NCBI GenBank assembly: GCA_965204375.1
Contig: OZ241986.1
Coordinates: forward strand, 3,776,001-3,840,000
DNA from: Candidatus Latescibacterota bacterium
Lineage (GTDB): Bacteria > Latescibacterota > UBA2968
DNA length: 64,000 bases
Reading direction: 5' to 3'
Program-made: the position numbers and the translations under genes
Shown: positions 21,236 to 33,205 of the stretch, piece after piece
Layout of the letters: every line of letters starts with the position of its first letter
Numbering within the stretch: the stretch's first letter is position 1
The notes under the pieces: model-generated
What the model was told of the DNA's origin: nothing
The model's input: the letters and a program-made list of their open reading frames with translations, nothing else
Database searches by the model: none

Positions 21236-22367
21236 TATCGTCGAAACACCCCCCGACGAGCGCGTGGAAAGCGTTGGTGAAAACACAACCACCGCCACCT
21301 ATTCACAGCGCCAGCTCATCTGGCGGCGTTTCAAAAAACACCGCGCCGGCGTCATCGGCGGATGCGTGGTCATCTTTCTCTACTTATGCGTCTTTCTGGG
21401 CGAATTTCTGGCACCACACGATCCGGCGCATCGCTACTATAACTACGTACACCTGCCCGCCCAGCGCATCCACATATTCTCTCAAGACGGCATCCACTGG
21501 CCCTTTGTCTATGGCATCAAAAAATCTTTTGATCTGCAAACCGGCGTCAAGGCCTATACAGAAGACGCCTCTGTGCGCTACCCCGTGTACCCCTTTGTGC
21601 GAGGTGCCCAATACACATTCTACGGCCTCTTTACCACCGACATCCACCTGTTTGGCACCGGCAAAGGCAATCCCATGTTCCTCCTTGGCACCGACCGTTT
21701 TGGGCGCGACATGCTCTCGCGCATCATCGCAGGGGGTCGCATCTCTCTCACCATCGGCCTGCTCGCCGTATTCATCAGCCTCACCCTCGGCTCTACGCTC
21801 GGCGTGATCTCCGGCTATTACGGTGGCAATATCGACAACATCATCCAGCGCATCATCGAACTCATCTTTGCGTTTCCATCTATCCCCATTCTCATGGCCC
21901 TCAGCGCAATATTGCCTCCCGAATGGCCCTCGCACCTGGTCTTTATGGGCATCGTCACCGTACTCGCGCTCGTGGGATGGGGCGGGCTCGCCCGTGAAAT
22001 ACGCGGCAAAACCCTGTCCATCCGCGAATCCGACTTTGTACTGGCCGCCCGCGTGGCCGGCGCCAGAGATCGGCGCATCATCTTCCGGCACCTGCTCCCG
22101 TCCATGTTCAGCCACATCATCGTCATAGCAACCCTCGCCATACCCGGATTCATCCTCGGCGAAAGCACATTGAGCTTTCTCGGCCTGGGCATCAAGCCGC
22201 CCATGACATCCTGGGGACTGCTCTTATCCGACGCCATGAACATTCACTCACTCAGTCTCTATCCCTGGCTTCTCATCCCGGGCGTCTGCATCATCATCGC
22301 CGTACTCGCCTTCAACTTCCTCGGCGATGGCCTGCGCGATGCAGCCGATCCGTATTCGAGCAGATAA
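21228..22367 (+). CDS. ABC transporter permease (DppC/OppC-like)
   Basis: WRRFKKH, LGTDRFGRD, ESTLSFLGLG, GDGLRDAADP. Confidence 0.93.
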   Translation: MSSIVETPPDERVESVGENTTTATYSQRQLIWRRFKKHRAGVIGGCVVIFLYLCVFLGEFLAPHDPAHRYYNYVHLPAQRIHIFSQDGIHWPFVYGIKKSFDLQTGVKAYTEDASVRYPVYPFVRGAQYTFYGLFTTDIHLFGTGKGNPMFLLGTDRFGRDMLSRIIAGGRISLTIGLLAVFISLTLGSTLGVISGYYGGNIDNIIQRIIELIFAFPSIPILMALSAILPPEWPSHLVFMGIVTVLALVGWGGLAREIRGKTLSIRESDFVLAARVAGARDRRIIFRHLLPSMFSHIIVIATLAIPGFILGESTLSFLGLGIKPPMTSWGLLLSDAMNIHSLSLYPWLLIPGVCIIIAVLAFNFLGDGLRDAADPYSSR

Positions 22368-22463
22368 GAAGTAAGAAGTAAGAAGTAAGAAGGCCCCACC
22401 CAACCACCCAAAGGCGGGTGCCTCATCACCTTTCACCCTTCACCCTTCACACTTCACACTTCC
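22368..22463. repeat. Intra-operon heptamer repeats (GAAGTAA)n ... (CTTCACN)n
   Basis: Purine heptamers at 22368-22392 and pyrimidine heptamers at about 22430-22463 flank a short spacer. Confidence 0.7.
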
Positions 22464-22464
22464 T

Positions 22465-23445
22465 ATGCCGCTCTTAGACATACGCGACCTCAAAACCTAT
22501 TTTCACACCGACGATGGCATCGTGCGCGCGGTCGATGGCGTATCCCTATCCATCGCGCCCGAAAAAACACTCGGCTTAGTCGGCGAATCGGGCTGCGGAA
22601 AAAGCATCACCGCCTTTTCAACCATGCGCCTCATCCCGAGTCCCCCGGGCAAAATCGAACACGGGCAGATCCTCTTTCACAAAGATTCCGAAAGCGATCC
22701 CATTGACCTGACACAACTCAACCCCAAAGGCACGCAGATGCGCGACATTCGCGGGAATGACATCGCCATGATCTTTCAGGAGCCTATGACCTCTCTCAGC
22801 CCTGTACACACCGTGGGCAATCAAATTGCCGAGGCGATCATGCTGCATCAGAATACAGACAAAAAAGAAGCCCGCGAACGCGCCATCGATGCCCTCAACA
22901 AAGTGCGCCTACCGCGTCCCGACCGTCAGGTCGATGCATATCCCCATGAACTCTCAGGCGGCATGCGCCAGCGCGCCATGATCGCAATGGCCCTCTCGTG
23001 CAATCCCAGCCTTCTCATCGCCGACGAACCCACGACAGCCCTCGATGTCACTGTGCAGGCCCAAATCCTGGACCTGATGCGCCATCTCCAATCCGACATC
23101 GGCATGGCGATCATGCTCATCACCCACGACCTCGGCGTCGTCGCCAGCATGGCCGACTACGTCGCAGTGATGTACCTGGGCAAAATCGTCGAATACTCCG
23201 ACACGCGCACCGTATTCAAAAATCCGCGCCATCCCTACACTATGGGCCTGCTGAACTCCATCCCACAGGTGGGCCAAAAACGCCGCCTGGTACCCATCGA
23301 AGGCACAATCCCCGACCCCTTTGAAATCCCACAGGGCTGCGCCTTTGCCCCGCGGTGCCCGCATGTAATGGATAAGTGCCGCGAAGAACCACAACTCCTC
23401 GAAATCGAATCGGGTCATCGCGTCAGTTGCTGGCTGGAAAACTGA
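22465..23445 (+). CDS. ABC transporter ATP-binding protein (DppD/OppD-like)
   Basis: [25 protein letters not shown]-terminal Cys motif. Confidence 0.95.
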   Translation: MPLLDIRDLKTYFHTDDGIVRAVDGVSLSIAPEKTLGLVGESGCGKSITAFSTMRLIPSPPGKIEHGQILFHKDSESDPIDLTQLNPKGTQMRDIRGNDIAMIFQEPMTSLSPVHTVGNQIAEAIMLHQNTDKKEARERAIDALNKVRLPRPDRQVDAYPHELSGGMRQRAMIAMALSCNPSLLIADEPTTALDVTVQAQILDLMRHLQSDIGMAIMLITHDLGVVASMADYVAVMYLGKIVEYSDTRTVFKNPRHPYTMGLLNSIPQVGQKRRLVPIEGTIPDPFEIPQGCAFAPRCPHVMDKCREEPQLLEIESGHRVSCWLEN

Positions 23446-23471
23446 CCGCGTCGCAAACGGAAAAGGACATC

Positions 23472-24476
<1,005 letters not shown>

Positions 24477-24485
24477 GAGGAAATA

Positions 24486-25283
24486 ATGTCCCTAACACAA
24501 AAACAACTCGACCGCTTTCGCAACTCGGGTTACGCCATTGTCCCCGACATGTTCACCCGCCGAGAAATACGTGCCATGCGCGCTGAACTCGACCGCTTCA
24601 AACGCGAGGGCCTCCTCCGCAATGTCGCCACCGACGGGGATGGGCAGACCCATTCACAAACGCAAATCAACCTGCAAATCTGTCCCATCACGCCCAAAAG
24701 CGCGTTTTACCGCGCCCTGCACTTTCACCCTAAAGTCCTCGCCCTTGTCGAGCAACTCATCGGCTCACCCTTCGTGTTCTACCTCGATCAGATCTTTCTC
24801 AAACCCGGCAAACAGGGCATAGGCACGGACTGGCACCAGGACAACGCGTATTTCAAAATCAGAGACCCCGCCAAAGGCCTTGGCATGTGGGTTGCCCTTC
24901 ACGATGCCAACATCGCCAACGGCACACTGCACATCGTACCCGACAGCCACCGCGAAAATTACACCCACGACCGGGACCCCAACAGCGACCATCACATCCA
25001 CTGCACAGTACCCGAAGAAAGAGCCATCCCCATTGAATTACCAGCCGGAGGTGCCGTCTTCTTCAATTTCGGCATTGCACATCGCACACTCGCAAACACC
25101 ACAAAAAGAGAACGCGCGGGCCTTGCCCTGCACTTTTTGAACACCGACTATATCCCCAAAAACCTCAAAGCAACCCGACGCTATACCCACCTCACAGGTC
25201 CCCTTGCCACAGGCGGAGAAAAAGAATACGGCCTTTGTGTTGCCAACACCTGGCCCAACGAAGTAGATCGTCTGCTCGCATAA
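24486..25283 (+). CDS. Phytanoyl-CoA dioxygenase (PhyH) family Fe/2OG oxygenase
   Basis: WHQD (HxD), WVALHDA..NGTL, distal His in IAHRT..N...R. Confidence 0.9.
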   Translation: MSLTQKQLDRFRNSGYAIVPDMFTRREIRAMRAELDRFKREGLLRNVATDGDGQTHSQTQINLQICPITPKSAFYRALHFHPKVLALVEQLIGSPFVFYLDQIFLKPGKQGIGTDWHQDNAYFKIRDPAKGLGMWVALHDANIANGTLHIVPDSHRENYTHDRDPNSDHHIHCTVPEERAIPIELPAGGAVFFNFGIAHRTLANTTKRERAGLALHFLNTDYIPKNLKATRRYTHLTGPLATGGEKEYGLCVANTWPNEVDRLLA

Positions 25284-25287
25284 AAAA

Positions 25288-25313
25288 TAGGGCGAAAAAT
25301 CTTTCGCCCCTAC
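25288..25313 (-). repeat. REP-like hairpin GTAGGGGCGAAAGATTTTTCGCCCTA
   Basis: Same family as 47002-47028; its TAG is the stop codon of the lipoprotein gene. Confidence 0.7.
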
Positions 25314-25597
25314 TCCTGCGCCCTTGCCTTAATAACGCGCTTCACCTTGGAAACCTCGCGCCAGAGTACCCGGGCCTTACCCTGTGTCTCTGTGGTCACC
25401 ACAATCTCTTCTTTATCTGCCCGCAACAAAATCCCCTGAAATGTCGTACCATCCCTGGTCTCTATTAACACAGAATCCCCCACTGCGACTTGCTCTGGGG
25501 AATGCACCACCTCGTAATAAATATAAGACGAGGGCGATGTGGTCTCACATCCACAAATCCACAGACTCAAAATTGCAACCATTAGCAACCTGTTCAT
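25310..25597 (-). CDS. Small lipoprotein, possibly Sm/LSm-like beta fold
   Basis: MNRLLMVAILSLWICGC lipobox; VLIETRDGTTFQGIL. Confidence 0.7.
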   Translation of the reverse strand: MNRLLMVAILSLWICGCETTSPSSYIYYEVVHSPEQVAVGDSVLIETRDGTTFQGILLRADKEEIVVTTETQGKARVLWREVSKVKRVIKARAQE

Positions 25598-25605
25598 AAC
25601 ATGCC

Positions 25606-26484
25606 TCACAGCGGTTCTGCTGAAAAAACTCGCCATCGATCCACAGGTCGAAATTTCTGCTTGAACTGACGCAAACCCGACAAACCCAGATCCCCGGCGT
25701 CATTTACGCGGCGATAATCAGACAACGCGCCATAAACCCGCCACCGCAAAAAATACGACAAATCGGGCAAATCGGGATTGGTCTTTGCAACAAAAAAATG
25801 CGCCAAATCGGGCTGCATCTTCCCGCTCAGGGCAAAAGCCTCAATCCGCCCCGCAACCTCCACACACCATCCCCACAACACATCTTCTGACCAAAAATGA
25901 AACTGATCGAGCGCTGCCCGCGTATATCCCCAGTCCAGCAAAAAGGGATGCCGACGCCCCTGGCGCCGACGCCAATGCTTCAACAGCGCGAAACAATCCG
26001 GCACATCCCACGCAGTCAAAGCGCGAAAACGGAACGCGTGGGCGCGCTCAAATCGCCTCACGCGCTTGCGCACATCCCTGAAACGCCTTCCTCTGACCGC
26101 AGCAATCTGCGATGGATCGTAAACGTATTCTGCGTCTTTATCGCGAAGTGCAAACTCTTCGGTATCTACATATTTGGCATCACAGGCATCTAACCACAAA
26201 ATTCTCGGCAGATGGCCATCTTGATGAGACGCAAGTTTGTCGATAACCCTCTTCAGCGTATCAGCATCACAGGGAACAGGTGGCAGCAGCAAATCAACAC
26301 CTTCTGGACGCTTTACCAACAGACACGTACTCCCCGCAATTTCATCCACACACACAATCCGATTGGGCGCGAGACTAAAAGCACAAAGAAAAGGCGGAAA
26401 ATAACACCAGGCCCGTTTGTTTGCGCGCAAAAACACATCGCGCAAATACTCGCCATACGTGGGATCAATGGGATGCCCGATCAC
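25606..26484 (-). CDS. DUF2156 (phosphatidylglycerol lysyltransferase C-terminal / FemAB-like) soluble protein
   Basis: EYVYD...GRRF...RKRVRRF and VNDAGDLGLSGLRQFKQKFRP match the DUF2156 pattern. Confidence 0.75.
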   Translation of the reverse strand: MIGHPIDPTYGEYLRDVFLRANKRAWCYFPPFLCAFSLAPNRIVCVDEIAGSTCLLVKRPEGVDLLLPPVPCDADTLKRVIDKLASHQDGHLPRILWLDACDAKYVDTEEFALRDKDAEYVYDPSQIAAVRGRRFRDVRKRVRRFERAHAFRFRALTAWDVPDCFALLKHWRRRQGRRHPFLLDWGYTRAALDQFHFWSEDVLWGWCVEVAGRIEAFALSGKMQPDLAHFFVAKTNPDLPDLSYFLRWRVYGALSDYRRVNDAGDLGLSGLRQFKQKFRPVDRWRVFSAEPL

Positions 26485-27478
26485 CTTGTCGCCGCCTTTT
26501 GAGATCAGCCGTGTACAGTGCCCCGTGATATGTGCCAGTCACAAGAGGCTGTGGCTTCCCGGTAGAAATAAGACGAATCATCTGACTGACCCCACCCAAT
26601 ACCTGGGCACCGACATATTCATTAAAATCCGGTATGATTTCCACAGGCGCAAAGCCCATCTCGATCAATGAACCAATCGCCCGTACTGTCTCATCTGGTG
26701 AACGACGGCCAAAACTGACAAACCCCTGCTTACCCACCTCGGGCACCAGTGCAGAGGCACCGCGCGAAACAAATAACGACAAACCGGACAACGTGTAGGG
26801 TGGATCGGTAAAAAACACATCCATTTGTCTGCACAGGTCACCCGGAATATCTTCGCGCAAATCGCGTGCAATCACAGTGATAGGCAACCCTTCGCGTTCA
26901 CTGATCACACCGAGAAAATCAACGAGCCGCTCATCGCACTCTATCACCACCACCTGCCCGAGAACAATCTCCAAATGCTGCGCCAGCAATCCCACCGCCA
27001 CAGACGTCAGATCGTCGTCCCCCAAAACGAGCAGATTGCGCCCTTCGAGAGCATCGTGTTCGTACAAATACACCGCGCGCCTTAAAACGGTCTCAGGCGT
27101 TGCATGGGATTGATCCAGTCTGACATCGACCTCTGGCCGCCTCTCAGCAATATCCGCAAAACGACCACACACCTCTTTCAAAACCACAGGAATGGGAGGC
27201 ACGCCCGGACGCGCAAAGCGTTTGCGGCATGACAGCCCCAACTCCGATTGCACAACACTCAGGCCCTTACCCGTGAGCGAAACCCCACCTTTTCGCGTCA
27301 AAATACCTCGCTTTTCCAATTCACCCCGCACAGCGGCAACCACGGGAACGGGCAACCCCACCTCCTGGGCGACATTGCGAATGGGAATCTGCTCAGCCAT
27401 AAAAACCGTTCGCAGAATGCGACGCACACCCTCGGCACCTTCGGCCAGCCGCGCCTGGATTGCCACCTCGCGCAGCAA
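26465..27478 (-). CDS. Branched-chain polyamine (bis-aminopropyl spermidine) synthase family protein with N-terminal HTH
   Basis: LDQ, LVLGDDDLTSVA, IECDERL, DLRE, FTDPPYT, FNEY motifs of the BpsA/DUF43 family. Confidence 0.8.
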   Translation of the reverse strand: MLREVAIQARLAEGAEGVRRILRTVFMAEQIPIRNVAQEVGLPVPVVAAVRGELEKRGILTRKGGVSLTGKGLSVVQSELGLSCRKRFARPGVPPIPVVLKEVCGRFADIAERRPEVDVRLDQSHATPETVLRRAVYLYEHDALEGRNLLVLGDDDLTSVAVGLLAQHLEIVLGQVVVIECDERLVDFLGVISEREGLPITVIARDLREDIPGDLCRQMDVFFTDPPYTLSGLSLFVSRGASALVPEVGKQGFVSFGRRSPDETVRAIGSLIEMGFAPVEIIPDFNEYVGAQVLGGVSQMIRLISTGKPQPLVTGTYHGALYTADLKRRRQGDRASH

Positions 27479-27497
27479 GTCAACGGGAAAATTTGAC

Positions 27498-28586
27498 CTA
27501 TGCCGTTTCGGAATCAGTGTTATCGCTGGCCTCCTCGCTCACAACCTCGAGATCATCATCCCGAGCAAGCAAATTTTCATCGTCCTTGCGATGTCTTAAA
27601 ACCACATACATCAAACTCAGTCCCGACGCATAAGTCGCCTGGACATAAGCAACCACAATACCCGTAATCACAATGAGCATCACCCCGAGGATACCACCAC
27701 CCCAGACCTCTGCTCCCGACGGTGTCCCAGGCACGGGCAAACTCGCAAACAGATCATCCCATTTCTCCGGGACAAACAAGAGATAGTGCGACGCCACGTA
27801 AAAAAGATTGGCCAGTTTAACATCCATAAACAAACCACATGCCCAGGCAATCAGACCAATCGCAGCCATGGTTAAAGCTCCCAGCATCATCAAACCAACC
27901 CACACCGCAAAAATCATCCACATCGCATACAAAACCAATCGCCAGGGCTGTGACCACGTCAGTGAAAACGACTGTATCACAACATCTAAAATATCAACCC
28001 CCTCTGTACCCACAATAGCTGGCGACATAATCACAGCAACAACAAATACCAGACCGATAAACACCGCCAACAAAGCCGTAAAAAAAATGGGAATAAAACA
28101 CAGCGCAAAAACGATCTCACCTGCTACTGGGATCCAGCTAACAACCCACCCAATAACAACGCCGCCAATCACAAAAAGGGCAAACAGAGCGAGCACGGCA
28201 ACGGGGCCAAACAGCACAGTTTTCCAGCGCCCTCTTGCAAATCGGCAGGCATCGCCAACCGAATAAAATTCATCGCCCCGAAGCTGCTGAAAAGTGATCT
28301 TGCACATCATACTGGTCGTCACAAACACCACCGACAGGGCAAACACCATACCCAAAACGTGCAACCCCGTACCGAGCAGATCAAATTCACCGAGCGTTGC
28401 GCCGGGAAATAAACCATAGCGCTGCCACAGACCCGCACTGTCCGCACGCATATGCGCGACAAGCAAAAAAACCGAATAGCCCGCCCAGGCCACAATCAAT
28501 CCCAACAGCCCAGCCCAAATTTTTTTTCCAGACCAACCCAATCGCACACAGCGAAAAATATCTCGAATATCAAAATGCAGATTCAT
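27498..28586 (-). CDS. Hypothetical integral membrane protein
   Basis: 362 aa with about six long hydrophobic segments; host-like codon usage. Confidence 0.75.
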   Translation of the reverse strand: MNLHFDIRDIFRCVRLGWSGKKIWAGLLGLIVAWAGYSVFLLVAHMRADSAGLWQRYGLFPGATLGEFDLLGTGLHVLGMVFALSVVFVTTSMMCKITFQQLRGDEFYSVGDACRFARGRWKTVLFGPVAVLALFALFVIGGVVIGWVVSWIPVAGEIVFALCFIPIFFTALLAVFIGLVFVVAVIMSPAIVGTEGVDILDVVIQSFSLTWSQPWRLVLYAMWMIFAVWVGLMMLGALTMAAIGLIAWACGLFMDVKLANLFYVASHYLLFVPEKWDDLFASLPVPGTPSGAEVWGGGILGVMLIVITGIVVAYVQATYASGLSLMYVVLRHRKDDENLLARDDDLEVVSEEASDNTDSETA

Positions 28587-28638
28587 AAAAAATAGCTCCA
28601 GCGGTCAATCCAACCAGTCCCCAGTCCCTGTTTCCTTC

Positions 28639-29205
28639 TCATTGCTCAGATGGTTCTTCCCGCTCATTCACATTGAGCACCTCTCGAACCGCAGTCAAAA
28701 AATCGTCCAATGCCATGTGCGATTCTTGCGCTTGCGCGGGCTTGCTGCGCACACCCGGAGGCAAAGGCACATGTCTGAGTCGGACCTGGCGATTCTCACC
28801 TTCGCCCACCTGTACTGTATAACACCCCTGTCCCAATCCCATCGGCCATGGAGACCCATAATTGTCGCGCTTCGAAAGAAACAGCACGGTTTCTTGTCCC
28901 ACCACAAACTGCGGCATACCTGGCACATACATCTGTTGCCCTTCCCATTTGCCGCCAGGCAAAGTCAGCACCATTTCCGAATTGGCCTGCCCTTTGACCA
29001 CCGCCATCACTCTAAACCGCGTTTGGGTAAAAATACCCTCTCGACCGGCAAAAACTGCATTATCGCGCGCGAGACATTTGACATGCACAATAGTCTGCGC
29101 GGTTTCGCACATCTCTTCAAAGACAAACGTCTTCACAGTTGTCGCCCAGGCAGGTGTCCACCCCATAGCCATCAGCATCAAACCTGCAAACAATCCTCTA
29201 TTCAT
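28639..29205 (-). CDS. Hypothetical secreted protein
   Basis: Signal peptide ending AWA; RBS AGGAGG; PGG..G..VPGMPQF..G..LFL pattern. Confidence 0.75.
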   Translation of the reverse strand: MNRGLFAGLMLMAMGWTPAWATTVKTFVFEEMCETAQTIVHVKCLARDNAVFAGREGIFTQTRFRVMAVVKGQANSEMVLTLPGGKWEGQQMYVPGMPQFVVGQETVLFLSKRDNYGSPWPMGLGQGCYTVQVGEGENRQVRLRHVPLPPGVRSKPAQAQESHMALDDFLTAVREVLNVNEREEPSEQ

Positions 29206-29300
29206 TACCTACCTCCTGAAAAAAACAGCAACCAGTAAACATCTCAAATATCATCTCTTATACATCTCAACGGGCAAACAGTTGCAGGATGATTTCAGAA

Positions 29301-30626
29301 CTACAACCCAAGCGATTCAAACACCTGTGTAGCCAACCTCAGCGCCTCATCGCGTCGCGTCACACGCCCTTCTAACTGTGCATCTTCAACAGCCCGCAAC
29401 ACCCTCTTAAACGCGGGACCGGGATTTTTTCCCATCGCAATCAAATCGCGTCCATTAATCAACGGAACAGGTCTGATTTGTTCTGGCTCCAGATTCTCCA
29501 GCGCAGCCTTACAAAACGCATAATTGTCCAACGCACCATGGCTCGACAAACAATCAATCCGGTGCAATTCCAGGTGATCTTCAAACCGATCCGTACGCAA
29601 AAAGCGCTTCAACGTACTCGAGCGCATCTCCTGTACATGCATAAATTTGTGATGATCTGCCACCAACGCCGCAATATGCTTTATCTGTTCCGACGAAAAA
29701 CGCAGCCTTCTGCAAATCTCCTCGGCCATCTCGCGCCCAACTTTTGTATGATTGTGAAACCGAATGCGATCCCGCACCTCATAAGTAGGGGGTTTGCCCA
29801 CGTCGTGCAGCAAAATACCCATCGCCAACTCTACTGAAGGATTGCACATCAAACCCAACATAATCAGCGTATGGATCAACACATCGCCCTCGGGATGAAA
29901 CTGAGGCGGTTGGAGCACGCCATCCATAGCCACAACCTCGGGCATAAAAACCGCCATCAACCCCAGATCGATCAGCCAGCGCACCCCCAAAGGCGCGCCC
30001 CCCTCGGTCAAAATTTTGACAACTTCATCGCGAATGCGTTCGTGACTTATAAACGCGATACTCGCACTCAGTTCTCCAATAGCCTCTCGCGTCTTCTCCT
30101 CAAGGGGCCAGTGATACCGACACGCAAAGCGAATCGCACGCAACATACGCAATCGATCTTCACGAAACCGGGCATGCGGATCGCCAATCGTGCGGATCAC
30201 CTTTTTTTTCAGATCAGCCTGTCCCCCCACATAGTCGAACACAGCATCGACCACTGGATCGTAAAACATCCCATTAATGGTAAAATCGCGCCTCCTCGCG
30301 TCCTCTTCTTCATTCACGAACACCACACCATCGGGATGCCGACCATCGGAATACCCCAGATCGCGGCGAAAACGCGCCACCTCATAATGATAATCACCCA
30401 GCCGTACAATCACCACCCCAAAATGCGCCCCAACCACCTGTGCATGAGGAAAAATGCCGATCACCTGTTGGAGATCGGCATTTGTGGCAATATCGTAATC
30501 GCGGGGCACCTGCCCCATCAACATGTCTCGCACGCATCCACCGGCCCACAAAGCGCGAAAACCCCGCGCCTGCAAACGACGCACAATTTCCAGCGCGCCC
30601 GTGCGTGCATCCTGGTCATTCGTCAC
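29301..30626 (-). CDS. cca: CCA tRNA nucleotidyltransferase with HD domain
   Basis: AGGCVRD..DYDIAT, RRDFTING, EDRLRMLRAIRF, HPEGDVLIH, LLHDVGKP. Confidence 0.92.
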   Translation of the reverse strand: MTNDQDARTGALEIVRRLQARGFRALWAGGCVRDMLMGQVPRDYDIATNADLQQVIGIFPHAQVVGAHFGVVIVRLGDYHYEVARFRRDLGYSDGRHPDGVVFVNEEEDARRRDFTINGMFYDPVVDAVFDYVGGQADLKKKVIRTIGDPHARFREDRLRMLRAIRFACRYHWPLEEKTREAIGELSASIAFISHERIRDEVVKILTEGGAPLGVRWLIDLGLMAVFMPEVVAMDGVLQPPQFHPEGDVLIHTLIMLGLMCNPSVELAMGILLHDVGKPPTYEVRDRIRFHNHTKVGREMAEEICRRLRFSSEQIKHIAALVADHHKFMHVQEMRSSTLKRFLRTDRFEDHLELHRIDCLSSHGALDNYAFCKAALENLEPEQIRPVPLINGRDLIAMGKNPGPAFKRVLRAVEDAQLEGRVTRRDEALRLATQVFESLGL

Positions 30627-30646
30627 ATCAAATCACCTCTTTACCA

Positions 30647-31936
30647 TTACTCCTCTACCGTCACCCGCTGAATACGCGCACCCAAACTGCGCAAGCGCGT
30701 ATCGATTTGTTCGTACCCGCGATCGATCTGTTCGATATTTCTAATCACGCTTTGACCCTCGGCACATAAAGCCGCAATAATCAGCGCCATACCCGCCCGG
30801 ATATCTGGACTCGACAAATGTTCGCCATAAAGCTTTGACGGTCCCACCACCACCGCGCGATGTGGGTCACAAATCACAATCTTCGCGCCCATATCGATGA
30901 GACGGTCCAACCAGTACATGCGCTGTTCAAACATCTTTTCAAAAAACAGCACCGTACCCCGCGCCTGCGTCGCCAACACAATGGCAATACTCATCAAATC
31001 GGGAGGAAACCCCGGCCAAGGATCATTGTCAATGCGCGGAATCGCATCGCCCACATCCGGCATAATTTCCAGCTTTTGAAAGGACGGCACCACAATATCC
31101 TGTCCATCGACCTCAACTTCCAGCCCCAACCGCCGAAACACCATCAAACTCTTGCGCATATTTTTGGGCGCAGCATTGACAATGCGAATCTCGCTATTGG
31201 TCGCTCCCGCCAACCCAATAAAACTGCCGACCTCCATATAATCTGGACCAATTGTATGCGTCGTTCCACTGAGATTTGACACGCCTTCAATAACCAGTTC
31301 ATTGGTCCCAATACCCGAAATTTGGGCACCCATACTGTTCAGCATGAAACACAATTCCTGCACATGAGGCTCTGAAGCCACATTGCACAAAATAGTCGTC
31401 CCCCGCGCAAGAACCGCTGCCATCACGGCATTTTCAGTCCCAGTTACACTGCGCTCATCCAAAAAAATGTCCGCCCCCACAAGCCCTCTGGGCGCCTTAA
31501 AATCGTAAATGTGATTGGTATGAAACCGCACGCCGAGTTCTTCCAGCGCAATCAAGTGTGTATCGACCCGCCGCCGACCGATGCGATCACCCCCAGGTCG
31601 CGGAATCGTCGCCTTCCCAAATCGCCCCAACAACGGACCGGCAAACATAAAACTGCCGCGCACTTTTCGGCACAAATCGGCCCGCAAAACAGATTTTCGG
31701 ACATCCCGAGTACAAATCGTCAGATCGTGATCACCCGAGTAGCGAACCTCTGCCCCCAGATCGCGCAAAATTTCGACAATAACGGCAATATCGCCAATAC
31801 CAGGCACATTTTTGAGCACCACAGGTTCTTCTGTCAACAAAGTCGCCGCCAAAAGAGGTTGGGCTGCATTCTTATTGCCAGCAGGAACAACAGTTCCAGA
31901 CAAAGGATGCCCACCCTCGATAACAAATTGTTCCAT
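30647..31936 (-). CDS. murA: UDP-N-acetylglucosamine 1-carboxyvinyltransferase, Asp variant
   Basis: [40 protein letters not shown]. Confidence 0.95.
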   Translation of the reverse strand: MEQFVIEGGHPLSGTVVPAGNKNAAQPLLAATLLTEEPVVLKNVPGIGDIAVIVEILRDLGAEVRYSGDHDLTICTRDVRKSVLRADLCRKVRGSFMFAGPLLGRFGKATIPRPGGDRIGRRRVDTHLIALEELGVRFHTNHIYDFKAPRGLVGADIFLDERSVTGTENAVMAAVLARGTTILCNVASEPHVQELCFMLNSMGAQISGIGTNELVIEGVSNLSGTTHTIGPDYMEVGSFIGLAGATNSEIRIVNAAPKNMRKSLMVFRRLGLEVEVDGQDIVVPSFQKLEIMPDVGDAIPRIDNDPWPGFPPDLMSIAIVLATQARGTVLFFEKMFEQRMYWLDRLIDMGAKIVICDPHRAVVVGPSKLYGEHLSSPDIRAGMALIIAALCAEGQSVIRNIEQIDRGYEQIDTRLRSLGARIQRVTVEE

Positions 31937-32048
31937 AAAAAACATCTCCAAACTGTGTTATGGAGAGAAAAACAGGTAGCTTCGTGGTTATGCTTATCAT
32001 AGTGCAGTTATAAAAATATATCAAGAGTAAAAAGGCAGAATCAGCCCC

Positions 32049-33104
32049 TCACTTCACACCCTTCTCCATCTCCCAATACAACTGTCCACACCCGGCCGCA
32101 ATATCATCTCCCTTGCTATAGCGAACAGTTGCTGTCAATTGCGCGTGAGACAAAATATCGACAAACCGATCAATTGCCTTCTGTGGAGGGCGTTCATAGC
32201 GCGCATCATCAATGGGATTCCATGGTATCACATTAATTTTACATGGAATATCCCGCACGAGGTCAATCAGCCTGTGTGCATCTTCGGCTGTATCATTAAA
32301 CCCGTGCAACAACACATATTCAAATGTCGCCCACCGTCTGACCTGATCGTAATAGGCCCGTACAGCGGACAGGAGTTCTGCAATAGGCCACTTGCGATTG
32401 ATGGGCATAATCTCTGACCGCTGCTCATCGGTCGTCGCATTAAGCGACACAGCCAATCCAATTTTGAGTTTTTCTCTTGCCAGTTTTGCAATACCCGGCA
32501 CATGACCAACCGTTGACAATGTAATGCGACGTATGCCCACAGCCGCCCCATAATCCAGATTGATCAGCCGAATAGCCCGAATCACCTGATCGAAATTCAG
32601 CAGGGGTTCTCCCATCCCCATCATCACTACATGCGTCAACTCATCGCCCTCCGCACGCAAAAACCGCTGTGCGTACAACACCTGCTCAACGATCTCTGCC
32701 GCCGTCAAATTGCGAATCAACCCCATGCGCGCGGTCGCACAGAACTGGCAATCGAGCGGACACCCCACCTGCGACGACACACACAGCGTGCGACGCTTGC
32801 CATCCCACATCAAAACACTTTCGATGAGCCGCTTATCGGGCAACTCAAATAAAAACTTTACCGTATCTGTTGACAAAGACCTCAATTCACCAACGCAATT
32901 TAATCTCAAAAGCGTAAATTGCTCATCAAACTCCGCGCGCACGGTTTTGGACAAATTCGTCATCGACTCAAAATCCGTGACGCCCTTGTTGTAGAGCCAG
33001 TCAATCAACTGCCGAGTTCTGTACCGCTCCAGACCCATATCGGACACATGCTGCGCCAACTCTTCGGGAAACAAGCCTTTGAGTTCAATTTTTTCAGCAT
33101 TCAT
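32049..33104 (-). CDS. rlmN: 23S rRNA (A2503-C2) methyltransferase, radical SAM
   Basis: CVSSQVGCPLDCQFCAT, MGMGEP, DIAAGCGQL. Confidence 0.97.
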   Translation of the reverse strand: MNAEKIELKGLFPEELAQHVSDMGLERYRTRQLIDWLYNKGVTDFESMTNLSKTVRAEFDEQFTLLRLNCVGELRSLSTDTVKFLFELPDKRLIESVLMWDGKRRTLCVSSQVGCPLDCQFCATARMGLIRNLTAAEIVEQVLYAQRFLRAEGDELTHVVMMGMGEPLLNFDQVIRAIRLINLDYGAAVGIRRITLSTVGHVPGIAKLAREKLKIGLAVSLNATTDEQRSEIMPINRKWPIAELLSAVRAYYDQVRRWATFEYVLLHGFNDTAEDAHRLIDLVRDIPCKINVIPWNPIDDARYERPPQKAIDRFVDILSHAQLTATVRYSKGDDIAAGCGQLYWEMEKGVK

Positions 33105-33166
33105 TGTATAACCTCACAGCAGTCAGTTGTCTATTTTCTGTTGTCAGTCCGTCCATGCCCTATTTT

Positions 33167-33205
33167 TCATCTGCGTTCATCTGCGTCATCTGCGGATCAC
33201 ACTTC
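33167..33205 (+). repeat. (TCATCTGCG)n intergenic repeat; relatives at 46985, 50891-50953 and 53943-53975
   Basis: CATCTGCGTTCATCTGCGTCATCTGCGGAT recurs at several intergenic sites in the same orientation. Confidence 0.75.

Noticed and set aside
32049-33104. Radical SAM enzyme as the missing maturase of the peptide cluster
   Set aside because: It is a typical RlmN (MGMGEP, CGQL) in a housekeeping context about 19 kb away.
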